From assembly GCA_964106645.2 (NCBI GenBank), contig OZ067046.1: a stretch of DNA of 64,000 nucleotides; one strand, written 5' to 3'. Below the pieces are notes generated by a model. It did no database searches, was not told where the DNA came from, and saw only the letters and a program-made list of their open reading frames with translations. Positions 51,001 to 61,168 of the stretch are shown here, one piece after another. Positions within the stretch are counted from its first letter, which is position 1; every line of letters starts with the position of its first letter. The translations under genes were made by a program, and so were the position numbers. The stretch is from Podarcis pityusensis. Taxonomy: Eukaryota.

Positions 51001-54000
51001 ACCAAGGTGGGACAACAAAGCTGTAGTAGTCAAGGTGCAATATACTTCACCAATTAAAAAAATGAACTAGCATTTAGAGCACATTAAAGGGCAACCGAGA
51101 ACATTTTGCACATCCCACGTATTTTGAGCAGCAGCTTATATTTTTCTTACACATTTGGTGGAGAATATTTTATTCTCAGACACTTCATATTTATTTTCCT
51201 ACATTGCATTGATATTTTAACTTGCTATATAAGATGAGAAACACAACTGTCCATTGCGCATTATCAATCCCATCTGCTCAGCAGTGTAAAACTGGTGCTT
51301 TTTTATAGCGCCGACCAAGGATAATGTTGGTTGCAGAAAGAACAACCAAAGTTGCTTGTGATATCTGGTTTTCTGATATAGTGCTTTAACACAGCAGAAT
51401 TAGATGGCCCGAAACTTTGGCACGGTCATTTTGTGTTACGCTAAAAGTAATTTATTTGTGTGGAGGTTGACACACACGTTACCTGGTGTCTTTTTTGCTC
51501 AGACTGGTGTACCGCACGGTATCATCCATGCTGCAGCTGACCAGCTGCTCCGACTCATCCACAGCCATTCGTGAAACCTGGTTTGTGTGTCCTTTCCCAG
51601 AAAAGCTGTCATTTTCCCCTGTCTCAGAATCCCAATAATGTGAGCAAAATATTAAGGAAGTTTTCTTCAGGATGAGCGTGACACCCAACATTTATTGCAA
51701 GGAACAATCAAACCGACTCAATTCCTAAGTTGTGCTATGCTTAGGACAGCACACATGTCACTAAACCGCATGGCTTGCAAAGAAACAGAGAATTCTTCCC
51801 AGTTGCAACTTGCACGCAACCCTGCTGTAGAACTTTCTGAAGATGCCTCGCTGAAACTAGCCAGCACAGTATCTTGGGTGATGGCACAAAAAAGGCAATG
51901 TGAAATTCAGTGAGAGAGAACAGCTGCCATCTTTGTGTGGGGCAGTTTTTGTTCAAAGCGCCAACCAAATCAAAGAATTGCACTGACACTTATACTGAAA
52001 ACAGCAGCCTCAGTGGGCGAGATGGATAACCATAAGGCTTTCGTTTGGCAGTTCAAATGAGAACTGTGCTCTAATACTACCCTGCATGCCAAGAATGCTT
52101 CAGTGAGTAGCAAATATTAAGAGAAAGGGAAGAAAGACAGCCATATATAGCAGCACAGCACTAGGGAGTTTTCATCTGTAAAAAAACATTGCTTGGTTGC
52201 TCAAAGGATATTAATATGCCCATCATGGCTTCCAGAGTAGATATAGGATTTCCCCCCATTTTTATGCACCGTAAGACATTGTATTGATTTACTGTGACCC
52301 TGAAAGAAAGCACACATAATTAACAAAAACTCTTACATTTACACAGACAGCAGCTCAAGTTACTCACAGCACGTTGTGCCCACTTGTTTCTTCCTGCCCA
52401 AATCTGGGCTTCTTTGCACAGATTTTGGGAAGAACACCCCCCCCCCGGAAAGCTTCGCCTAACCTCAAACTCCTCTGATAATAGACAAAAGGGAAAGTTG
52501 ACAAGCCCACAAACCCTCTGCTATGCGCTTCTGGGGCAGGGGGGAGAAAAGGAATTGGTCCCAAGCCGTTGTCTTATCCTTAAAATAGTCTATTAAAAAC
52601 AAAAACACAGGGCAAATATTATCCTATTATATATTACAGGCCCCGAGAAGCTTACAATGCAAATTATGATGTGGGGGAAAGTAGACAACAGAGGGAAGGG
52701 AAGGAAGACTATGCACCCTGTTCAGCTACAAATATTTTGGCTTAGTTTCTATGTAGGAGACTAAGACTGTGCCAAAGGCTACAAAGGGGAGAAAGAGGTG
52801 GAATGATGTAAGCAGTCTAATATGAAAGGGGAGGGACAGGAGAGGGACAGAGCCATTTAAGATTAACGGCTATTTTCAGGTGGCCAAGAATGGTGGGGTG
52901 TCAGGCAGACATACACTGGGATGTTCTGCATGCCAACTCCAAGGGGCTTTCCCTTCCCTTGAAACAATACACGCCCATGAGATGTGACTGCAACAGAACT
53001 TTCCATCAGTTTTAAAAAGAGGGTTGTCCTTGTGGCAATTTGGGTGGGTGTGGGGGGTGGGAGGCAGACTGCTGTTTAGGCTTGGCATTCAGAAGCAGAT
53101 GCACAGCTAGCTACTGCCTGAAATGCGCCCCCCAAGTATTTAGAGGCAATTGTCTTACTGCACTTAGACCACATTTCCCCCAAACTAAGAGATCTTACAA
53201 GTGTTGATTCTGTTCTGATTTAACCAGGAATCCTCCCACGTGGCAAGCACTGAACATATTGTTCAGAACTGGCTGGTTTGGATTAAGTAAAGTCACTTCT
53301 CATTTGCCACCCAGAGAGGCTGGGGCAACCCAATCAGATGGGTGGGGTACGAATAATAAATAAAATAAATAATAAAATAAAATACTGTTATTCCAATTAC
53401 TACTACTACTATAGTCATACCTCAGGTTGAATGTGCTTCGGGTTGAGCGCGTTTGAGTTGCACTCCACGGCAACCCGGAAGTAAGAGTGTGTTACTTCCG
53501 GGTTTTGCCGCTCACGCATGCGCAGATGCTCAAAATGACATCATGCGCATGCTCGGAAGCGGCGAAACGCAACCCGCGCACGCGCAGATGCGTCTTACAT
53601 TGCATTCAGGATGCGAATGAGGCTCCAGAACGTATCCTGTTCGCATCCCGAGGTACCACTGTAGTACTACTACAAAACAGTGTAGTCAACCGAACAAGAG
53701 CATCCACAATGTAGCTCAAGCAGCCTTTCTGTTAAATGGGTCTTCACAACCACACTCATTTCTGTTGGAAACAGACGGATAATGCTAGCAGTGCATGATT
53801 AGGAAACTCGAAAGAGCCGGCTCAATGATTCCACAGACCTTGATGACACGAAGGGGCTTATCTGGATTGTTCTCATCCAGATAGTTGATGTAGCCAGAAA
53901 GGGAGACAGTCAACAAGTGCCCCTTTTGCCACAGACAACCCAGCTGCTGATCCAAAACATTTGATCCCATGTTAAAGGTATTCACAATGCTATTAGCACC

Positions 54001-57000
54001 AACATCCCAGATCTTAGCTGTCTTGTCTCCAGAAGCAGAAAGTAGGCGATTGCCATCTGGACTCCAGCTAATCTGTTGGAAGGAAACAAAGGGATTTAGA
54101 GGTATAGGCTCGCCCTAAATACCAGAGATAGCCTATATTTGTTTCCCATGCACATTTCCCCAGATGGCGAGTTTGAAGACGTCATGCAGACAAGCTGACT
54201 CGCCAATATGAGACTGTTCCATTTATTTTAATGTTTATTATTTTGCTTTCAATTGTACTCTAGCAGAATGGGTATTTGCTAAAGAAGAACTTCAAGAGGA
54301 AATAACTGATATTATTATTATTATATTATTTTTTTTCCTTCTAGCACAATCTATTATTGTGCTCTGGAGGAAGGATTATGAATATGTATTTTTTAAAAGC
54401 TATTCCGGTAATGATTACAGCTTATTTTTAATTCTGTAAATACAGCTCTGGGAGAAACAAAGAATCAGAAATGAATGGAGTCCATTCTGGAATGCAAAGA
54501 AGAAGAAGAAGAAGAAGAGTTTGGATTTGATATCCCGCCTTTCACTCCCCTTCAGGAGTCTCAAAGCGGCTAACATTCTCCTTTCCCTTCCTCCCCCACA
54601 ACAAACACTCTGCGAGGTGAGTGAGGCTGAGAGACTTCAGAGAAGTGTAACTGGCCCAAGGTCACCCAGCAGCTGCATGTGGAGGAGCGGGGAATCGAAC
54701 CCGGTTCCCCAGATTACGAGTCCACCACTCTTAACCACTACACCACACTGGCTCAAGTTGAACTCAAAAGCATTTCGTGAATTAATCAATCAGAAGAAGA
54801 TTCCACAAGCATCCCAAAGAAATCTTACAATGAAAAGCATCGCTTTCAGAACGTCTGTTACTTAAAAAACAACCACCCCCACATAGTGATGCATCATCTC
54901 AGACACCCCCTCCTTGGGGAAAGAAGGCAGAATCTCTGTTCAAAGGTGGCTTCCTCTGTCCTTGGTTTTTCAAAGTACTTGTATCTTTTTTTTTTAAGGG
55001 ACAAACCTGCCTCCCTGATTACTTGTCAATCAAGAGGCTTTTAAGCTGTCCATCTAAGTCAACAAAATACCACAGCCTAAAACTGGAACCAAATTTTTAG
55101 CAAACCTGGATTAAAATCTAGAGGGACTGCCCAGAAATCAGACCTTGTACAGCTACTCACAGCGTTTTGCTGGCCTTGAACCCAGCTGCATCCTCCAGCA
55201 GCTCATTGCTCTTGGCATGGCTGGGGGCTGAAGCTTTAGCCCCAAAAAAGAAAGTGAATGTTGGCATAACACCTCTTGGGTTTTTCAATTAAGAAACTCC
55301 TTCATGCCTGATAAGGGACTGAGCAACTCTGTCGCACTTACGTAAGCATAAGAGGCAGCCTTAGGTGCTGTGGAATCAGACACGATTTGTGCTGTTGCAA
55401 GAAAAGCAGATCCATGTAATGCCTGTGGAAATCAACATAACCTAACAGTCTGGTCAAAGAGAGAGAGAGGAGGAAGCCCCAATATACTTACTGCATAAAT
55501 GCCTCCATCATGTGCCTTATTTCCTCCTAGCGCACCAACTTTCTCTCCAGTTTTGCCATCGTAAATATATATCTTTTCAAAACCGAAAATGAGACAAAGT
55601 ATCAGTTAAGTGGGTTTGGGGTTTTTTGGCAGCAGTTAAACATACTTAACCCCCCCCCCCCCATATTGAAACACCAGCAGTTTCTTTGAAGTAGGCAGAT
55701 ATTTAAGTATCAAACTCAAACAGTGTACTACTGAGATCAGAAAGCAATGGAACGTGTTTAATGAAACGCAGTATAAAAGGATCCAAACATCTGAAATATA
55801 GGAAAATGCTACGTGTGGCGTTGCCTCTGGGTTAAGGCAATCAATGTCATGCTTGCTTCTTTACCTTCAGGAAGTAGTTTGCATTACAATCAAGTCTATA
55901 ATTCTGGCCAGTAAAAGCAAAAGGAACCTAAGATGGCTGACCCTCCATATCTGAGAATATTTCTTTAATGCTCTCCAATATGAAGGTTCACCCATTGTGT
56001 GCTCTTTCTTCCAACGGTTGTAATCTGAAACCTACATAGCATTTAACAGAGCCTCTGCTACCTCCTCCACCATCCCAACTGAGGCAGATTTCATGGCTTG
56101 AACACCAATCCACATTTTACTTTCCCCCATCTTTCATCTCCAGAACTCTTAGGCTGGTAGTCAAAAGTCTGCCCACTATTTTGTGACATCTTGGTTGACC
56201 TTGATAATTTTATTGCCCTATACTGTTGGTGCTGACCTTTAAAGCCCTAAACGGCCTCGGCCCAGTATACTTGAAGGAGCATCTCCACCCCCATCGTTCT
56301 GTCCAGACACTGAGGTCCAGCTCTGAGGGCCTTCTGGTGGTCCCCTCATTGCGAGAAGCAAAGCTACAGGGAACCATGCAGAGGGCCTTCTCGGTGGTGG
56401 CACCTGCCCTTTGGAACACCCTCCCATCAGATGTCAAAGAGATAAACAACTACCTGACATTTAGAAGACATCTGAAGGCAGCCCTGTTTAGGGAAGTTTT
56501 TAATGTGTGACATTTTAATGTATTTTTAATCTTTGTTGGAAGCTGCCCAGAGTGGCTGGGGAAACCCAGCCAGATGGGCGGGGTACAAATAATAAATTAT
56601 TATTAATTATTATTATTACTATTACTATACTATGGAATTTGGCCCCCTTGGGGCCAATACTTTTATATTTGTCTGACTTTGAGGCTAATCTTAATTTTTG
56701 CCTTATTCACCCTCTCCTTCCTCTGTTGCCTTCTCCAGCATTGATTCTGGAACACCAGTTCCTGAGAGGCAACCCCTTTTTTGCTTAGAACCTAAAGTGC
56801 CACAAATATTGGCACAGTTACTGCTGTGCTAGCTCCAGAGGAAAAGTATTTTATGAAGAACCAGGCCACTGGTCCATCCGGTTCCACATTATCTCTTATG
56901 ACCAGCAATGACACTCCTAGGTTCCTGGTGTTCCAAGGCGAGATCTTTAACTGGAGATGCCAGGGACTGATCCTGGGACCTTTGACACTCAAAGCAGATC

Positions 57001-60000
57001 CTCCATTTAGCTAGAGGCATATCTGCCCCGCCCCCCAAAGGTAAGAAATGGCTCGATTTTACCTGGCCATCTGCACTGGCTGTAGCAAATCTATTTCCAT
57101 CTGGAGAAAATCTCACACAGTTAACAAACCGGCTGTGATCCTATAGGAGAAACATATTTATATATATAAAAGGATGTCAATTCCCAAACGGATTACTTCA
57201 GCTGATTTTGTGCTGCTCGTTGGTCTCCACCATTAGCCTGCTGTGGGTTGTGCAAGCGGCTCAAAGCCTTCCTACTTCAAGTACTGTGTAACAGCAGTCT
57301 CAGCACAACTGCACGTGTTCCCAAGCCCAATTCTAAGTGCTTGTTTTAAGCTATAAAGACTTATGTGGCTCAGGACTCCCAATACCTGACAGAACCCCTC
57401 TGCTGACATGAGGCAACAAAGACCCTAAGTCAGTGATGGCCAAACTGGGCCCTCCAGCTCTTTTGGGACTACAACTCCCATCATCCCTAGCTAACAGGAC
57501 CAGTGGTCAGGGATGATGGGAATTGTAGTCCCAAAACAGCTGGAGGGCCAAGTTTGGCCATCACTGCCCTAAGTCAACGAGTGGCCCTTCTCTGGGTGTG
57601 TCTCTAAGAGATTACTTCAGCCACTGTTCATAGACTTAAATCACATCTGCACAAGGCTTTCTGAAAATTGTCTTGTGGACGAAATGGGGATGCTTGGAGG
57701 GCCAAGTTTGGTCCACAGGTTTCCCCACCCCTGACCTGTAACTATAACAGCAGTATTTGTTGCTCACATTATACAGAAAATGCCTCCAAAAGACTTAAGA
57801 CAAAATGCAAAAGCAATCAAATGCCAAATTAAAAAACAGCATACGAGGCAAAGTCCTGGATGGCTCACAGGAAGAGAGGTGGTCCTGAAGCACTAACATC
57901 TCTGCACCAATTTTGCATTTAAAAATAGTGAGTGTGCCGGTATATAGGCCTTTCCTAGAACATGACTTTCAGTGCACATAGCTTATGTGGATCTGGATAT
58001 GCAGTTATAATCCAGATCATTGGCCCCACTGAATATGACTAAAGCTACATCTGTATAGGGCAAAATAATACAGAGCTATCTTTCAATGTATTTCATCTTT
58101 GTACTCTTAAACAGTGTGCGTGAAAATAATGTAAGTAGCAACAGACACCTTGCCTGTTTGAAGGGGGGCTCATGTAGTCAAGGGGCAGTGGACTGCTCAG
58201 CTTTTCCCCAGACCCTTCCCTGATGCCTACAAATTATGGCTGTCTGGAGAAGGAAAGCCTATATTCATAGCTCACTAGGTGGATAGGCTTCCTTGAGACC
58301 CATGAGGGGAAGCTGTGTGCCTCCACTGCCCTTGACTGGTGGAAACCCCTTCATGCAAGTAACAGGCGAAGGGGCTAAGGAAGGTGTAAGTAAGAATGCA
58401 ATCTGCTATGGTCTGTGCACTAGTTAGCATGCACTGCAAAGACAACTGCTTGCAGCTATTAAAATCTTTAACATTCTCCCTGGGCAGATAAGCAATCCTG
58501 CTTTAATTGCAGAGAAAGCTCTAGAGTGCCAAGACTTTAGACCTGCTGTAATTCTGAAAAATACTGTGCTGGCTCCATGATAGCAAGGGTGATCTTATGC
58601 TTGCACACGATGATTTTAAGCTCCCACTTTCCAAAATCACCATGAAGTGCAAAGGGCTGCCGCTGAAATGCAATGCTGCCTCTTCCCCGAAACACAAGAG
58701 AAAGAGAAAGAGAAAGAGGCTGCTCTCTGCTTGTGCAGGAACGGGGAGAGAGCTGGATCTCAAAGACAGACGGCACACAGGTGGTAAAGAATGACAACTC
58801 ACACTTATTGTAAACTTGAATTTGAATGGTGGTCCTTCAAAGAAAGCAGCACAATTGTCATCACTGCCAGTCACGAGGCGGTATGGTCTGGTCTGTTTAA
58901 TATCCACACTATTGATCACTTTGTTGTGGCCAGTGATCTCGCCTACTGAAGAGCCGGTATCCCACAGAAACACAGCCCCAAATCTATTAAGAAACAACAA
59001 ATCAAGTCACATGCAATGAGGACTATATATAGGACTTAATGTATTGAGCACAGCCAGCACGTTGAGTGGATTTACACAACAGAACTTAGACCGCCCAGTT
59101 AATCTTGTGCAGTTTTAGCTTCGTTCCCTATGGCATTCAAATCCTTTGCCCATTATGCATAAACAAATAATGTAACGAAATAGGGCACTTGCTTCATGTA
59201 CTGATAGATAAAGGAGCAACACACTGTAGTGTTTTTATTTATATACTCCTTTCCCACATGCAGAGCAGTGCACATAAGGTAAAATGCAATATACCAATAA
59301 TTAAAACACAATTGTAACAACTGAAATAACAAAAATATAATAAGAATCAGTCCTCTGAAGCTATTTTGAATTATAGAGACTGTTCCTATCATTTGAACAC
59401 ACAAGCCATGTCATACGAGAGCTGAACTGGCAAGAGTTTTATTTATAGTCGTATCTTGGTTTTTGAACAGCTCGAATGTTTTAGCTCCCGAATGCCATAA
59501 ACCCGGAAGTGACTGTTCCGGTTTGCAAACTATTTTTGGAAGCCGAACGTCCGACACAGCTTCCTATTGAGCGATGGAAGCTCCTGCAGATAATCAGAAG
59601 CCGCACTTTGGTTTCCGAACGTTTTCAGAAGTAGAACTGACTTCCAGAATGGATTCTGTCCGAGAACCAAGGTACAACTGTACTGCCAAATAAGCAGTAA
59701 TGGGCCTTATTTTCAGTGAGTTCCCTGCATCTATACTGACTGTAAGAACAAACTGCTGTTCTAGTTATGCGTGAACTCTAAGTGCCATACAAATATTCTG
59801 AGGAAAAAGATATAATAAACTTTTATTTATATCCCGCCCTCCCTGGCCGAAGTCAGGCTCAGGGCGGCTAACATTAGATATATAACATTGGTATAAAATC
59901 AAAGAATAATTGAATTACCTCCTTAAAAAAGGTCAAAATCAAATTAAAGTCTAATTAGATGGCTTTCCGCAGGGTTAGGGTTGGGAACAGTAAGTGCTCA

Positions 60001-61168
60001 TCGGCCCAACTGTTTACGCTGATCTTATATGGGCCTGTGAGAATGCTGGGAGGCCTCTTTCATATTAGTTCTTATACTAAAAGAAAAGGGGAGTCAGGCT
60101 GAGCCTGGCGGAACAACTCCGTCTTGCAGGCCCTGTGGAAAGATGTCAAATCCCGCAGGGCCCTGATCTCTTGTGGCAGAGCATTCCATCAGCCCGGGGC
60201 CAAGGCCAAAAAGGCCCTGGCCCTGGTCAAGGCCAGCCTAGAGGCCCGGGATCTCCAAGGTGTTATTATTTGCATTACATTGTGAGGCTCCACTGAAGGG
60301 AAGAAAGAGGTTTTATGCCATCCCAAGGCATGGGATGAAACACAGTGTGAATATATTCACCTCAGACTACTCTGCGGCAGAACTGCAACCATGAAGGTGA
60401 AAGATCTCTGACGAAGTGGTTGGCTGGAGCTTTGCTGAAGTGTGGGCCGAGGGGCATTTATTTCTATAAAACTGACACTCTGTTTTGTTCTGTGCCTTGA
60501 GATGCCGGCGGCGGCAGTAGCAGCCTTGCATTCCAGGGAGAAGCTCTACAAACTGGCCATTCTCCATCAAGATTATCAATGTTAATAATCTTAAATGCTC
60601 TTTAAGGATCAGGCTGAGCTTAAAAAGAGGAGACAATGATGCTTGTACCTTTTAAGCAGTTTTCATGCCAACGCTTCCCTTCTAGTGCTGCATTCCAGGG
60701 CTTTGGAGAATAATTTTAAGAAGCCCTTTCAGTAGGAGGTGCTTGAATGCAGGTTTCCTTGGACTGTGGGATCCTTTACTGTGTCCAAGACTATAACACT
60801 AGGACCACTACACGTGTAAAACTCTTGCTACTGCTGCTCAATGCCATTTAAAAACCCTCTGGCTTCCTTGTGGAAATGGTTTCCAAGAATGTGAGCTATT
60901 AAAAGATCTCTAGCTGTTAAATGATCAGCTATCAACTGTGAATCTGGAAATTAAAACACAAGAATAAGCCAAGTTCTCCTGCAGGAATGAGCAAAAAAAT
61001 TACTTTGATTCTCTACTCACTTTTCCCTTCCTTCCCCAACAGCAGCAAGCCTCTTGCTATCTTCTGTCCATGCAATGTCTTTTATTTTTCCTGCAAATGG
61101 CTGGTATTCATACTTCAATAGATGTTCCTTCTGCGTGGTGTCCCAAATCCTTAGCTTCCCGGAAATAT
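47918..61168 (-). CDS. WDR1: WD repeat-containing protein 1 (AIP1), partial gene span covering coding exons 4-15 (5' exons outside window)
   Basis: Twelve exons (148, 181, 78, 81, 234, 88, 157, 88, 111, 174, 145, 110 nt) splice into a continuous frame from [16 protein letters not shown] to [13 protein letters not shown], closely matching vertebrate WDR1. All introns are GT-AG except one AT-AC. Confidence 0.98.
48606..48750 (-). CDS. WDR1: WDR1 exon 14 (145 nt)
   Basis: Encodes [48 protein letters not shown]; acceptor aatag, donor gtaac. Confidence 0.96.
49200..49373 (-). CDS. WDR1: WDR1 exon 13 (174 nt)
   Basis: Encodes [58 protein letters not shown]; acceptor ttccag, donor gtaag. Confidence 0.96.
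49735..49845 (-). CDS. WDR1: WDR1 exon 12 (111 nt)
   Basis: Encodes [37 protein letters not shown]; acceptor tacag, donor gtaag. Confidence 0.96.
50609..50697. repeat. Short palindromic MITE-like repeat (related copies near 12205-12295, 19480-19520, 24135-24210, 28460-28530)
   Basis: Imperfect hairpin gcaatcc...acttggaagtaagtcctat..tcaatgggtcttactcccaggtaagt...ggatgacag recurs several times in the window. Confidence 0.6.
50739..50826 (-). CDS. WDR1: WDR1 exon 11 (88 nt)
   Basis: Encodes [29 protein letters not shown]; acceptor tttttcag, donor gtgcgt. Confidence 0.96.
51483..51639 (-). CDS. WDR1: WDR1 exon 10 (157 nt)
   Basis: Encodes (N)[51 protein letters not shown](S); AC acceptor, donor gtaacg. 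Confidence 0.96.
51640..52211 (-). other. WDR1: U12-type (minor spliceosome) AT-AC intron, WDR1 intron 9, 572 nt
   Basis: 5' splice site ATATCCTTT (52211-52203), branch point TTCCTTAAT (51659-51651), 3' end CAC| at 51640, no polypyrimidine tract. Splicing restores H-I-N-Y-W in frame. Confidence 0.95.
52212..52299 (-). CDS. WDR1: WDR1 exon 9 (88 nt)
   Basis: Encodes [29 protein letters not shown](N); acceptor ttcag, followed by the U12 donor ATATCCTTT. Confidence 0.96.
53412..53661. mobile_element. Tc1/mariner MITE in WDR1 intron 8, inserted in a (TAC)n tract; L2 tail immediately left (~53308-53385)
   Basis: TA TSD; ends TAGTCATACCTC / GAGGTACCACTG; internal CCGGAAGTAA..TTACTTCCGG palindrome. 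Confidence 0.85.
53839..54072 (-). CDS. WDR1: WDR1 exon 8 (234 nt)
   Basis: Encodes [78 protein letters not shown]; acceptor aacag, donor gtctgt. Confidence 0.97.
54498..54754 (-). mobile_element. Squam3-type tRNA-derived SINE in WDR1 intron 7
   Basis: A box TGGTGTAGTGG, B box GGTTCGATTCC, CORE-like ggtgaccttgggcca, (TTC)n tail. Confidence 0.9.
55492..55572 (-). CDS. WDR1: WDR1 exon 7 (81 nt)
   Basis: Encodes [27 protein letters not shown]; acceptor aag, donor gtaagt. Not in the ORF track. Confidence 0.96.
56225..56624 (+). mobile_element. L2 LINE 3' fragment in WDR1 intron 6
   Basis: [19 protein letters not shown]...[15 protein letters not shown]...[10 protein letters not shown]; (TTA)n tail; possible TSD CTATACT. 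Confidence 0.92.
56845..57016 (-). mobile_element. Decayed Squam2-like tRNA-derived SINE
   Basis: Minus strand reads tagctaaatgg..atctgctttg..aaggtcccagg..tccctggcatctccag...gatggaccagtggcctg. Confidence 0.65.
57063..57140 (-). CDS. WDR1: WDR1 exon 6 (78 nt)
   Basis: Encodes [26 protein letters not shown]; acceptor tatag, donor gtaaa. Confidence 0.97.
57431..57566. mobile_element. 136-bp palindromic hAT MITE inserted in a decayed L2-like fragment (~57325-57600), WDR1 intron 5
   Basis: TIR CAGTGATGGCCAAACT / AGTTTGGCCATCACTG; perfect 8-bp TSD CCCTAAGT (57423-57430, 57567-57574). Confidence 0.92.
58803..58983 (-). CDS. WDR1: WDR1 exon 5 (181 nt)
   Basis: Encodes [60 protein letters not shown]; acceptor aatag, donor gtgagt. 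Confidence 0.97.
59446..59680. mobile_element. Tc1/mariner MITE in WDR1 intron 4
   Basis: TA TSD; ends TAGTCGTATCTTGG / CCAAGGTACAACTG. Confidence 0.85.
59820..60260 (-). mobile_element. L2 LINE 3' fragment (same family as 36613-37270), WDR1 intron 4
   Basis: Reverse complement matches ccagggccttttt..cctggccc..tggaatgctctg..catgagaccagggccctg and the 3' hairpin gccctgagcc..gggagggcggg. Confidence 0.85.
61021..61168 (-). CDS. WDR1: WDR1 exon 4 (148 nt)
   Basis: Encodes (D)[48 protein letters not shown](K); acceptor gacag, donor gtgag. Confidence 0.97.

Noticed and set aside
51479-51691. ORF-track N-terminal extension [18 protein letters not shown] on exon 10, and read-through tails on other exon ORFs
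   Set aside because: Intronic read-through; the true boundary is the AC acceptor at 51640.
54640-54754. tRNA-like A and B boxes (also at 9600, 11740-11806 and 18221)
   Set aside because: These are SINE heads followed by SINE bodies and tails, not tRNA genes.
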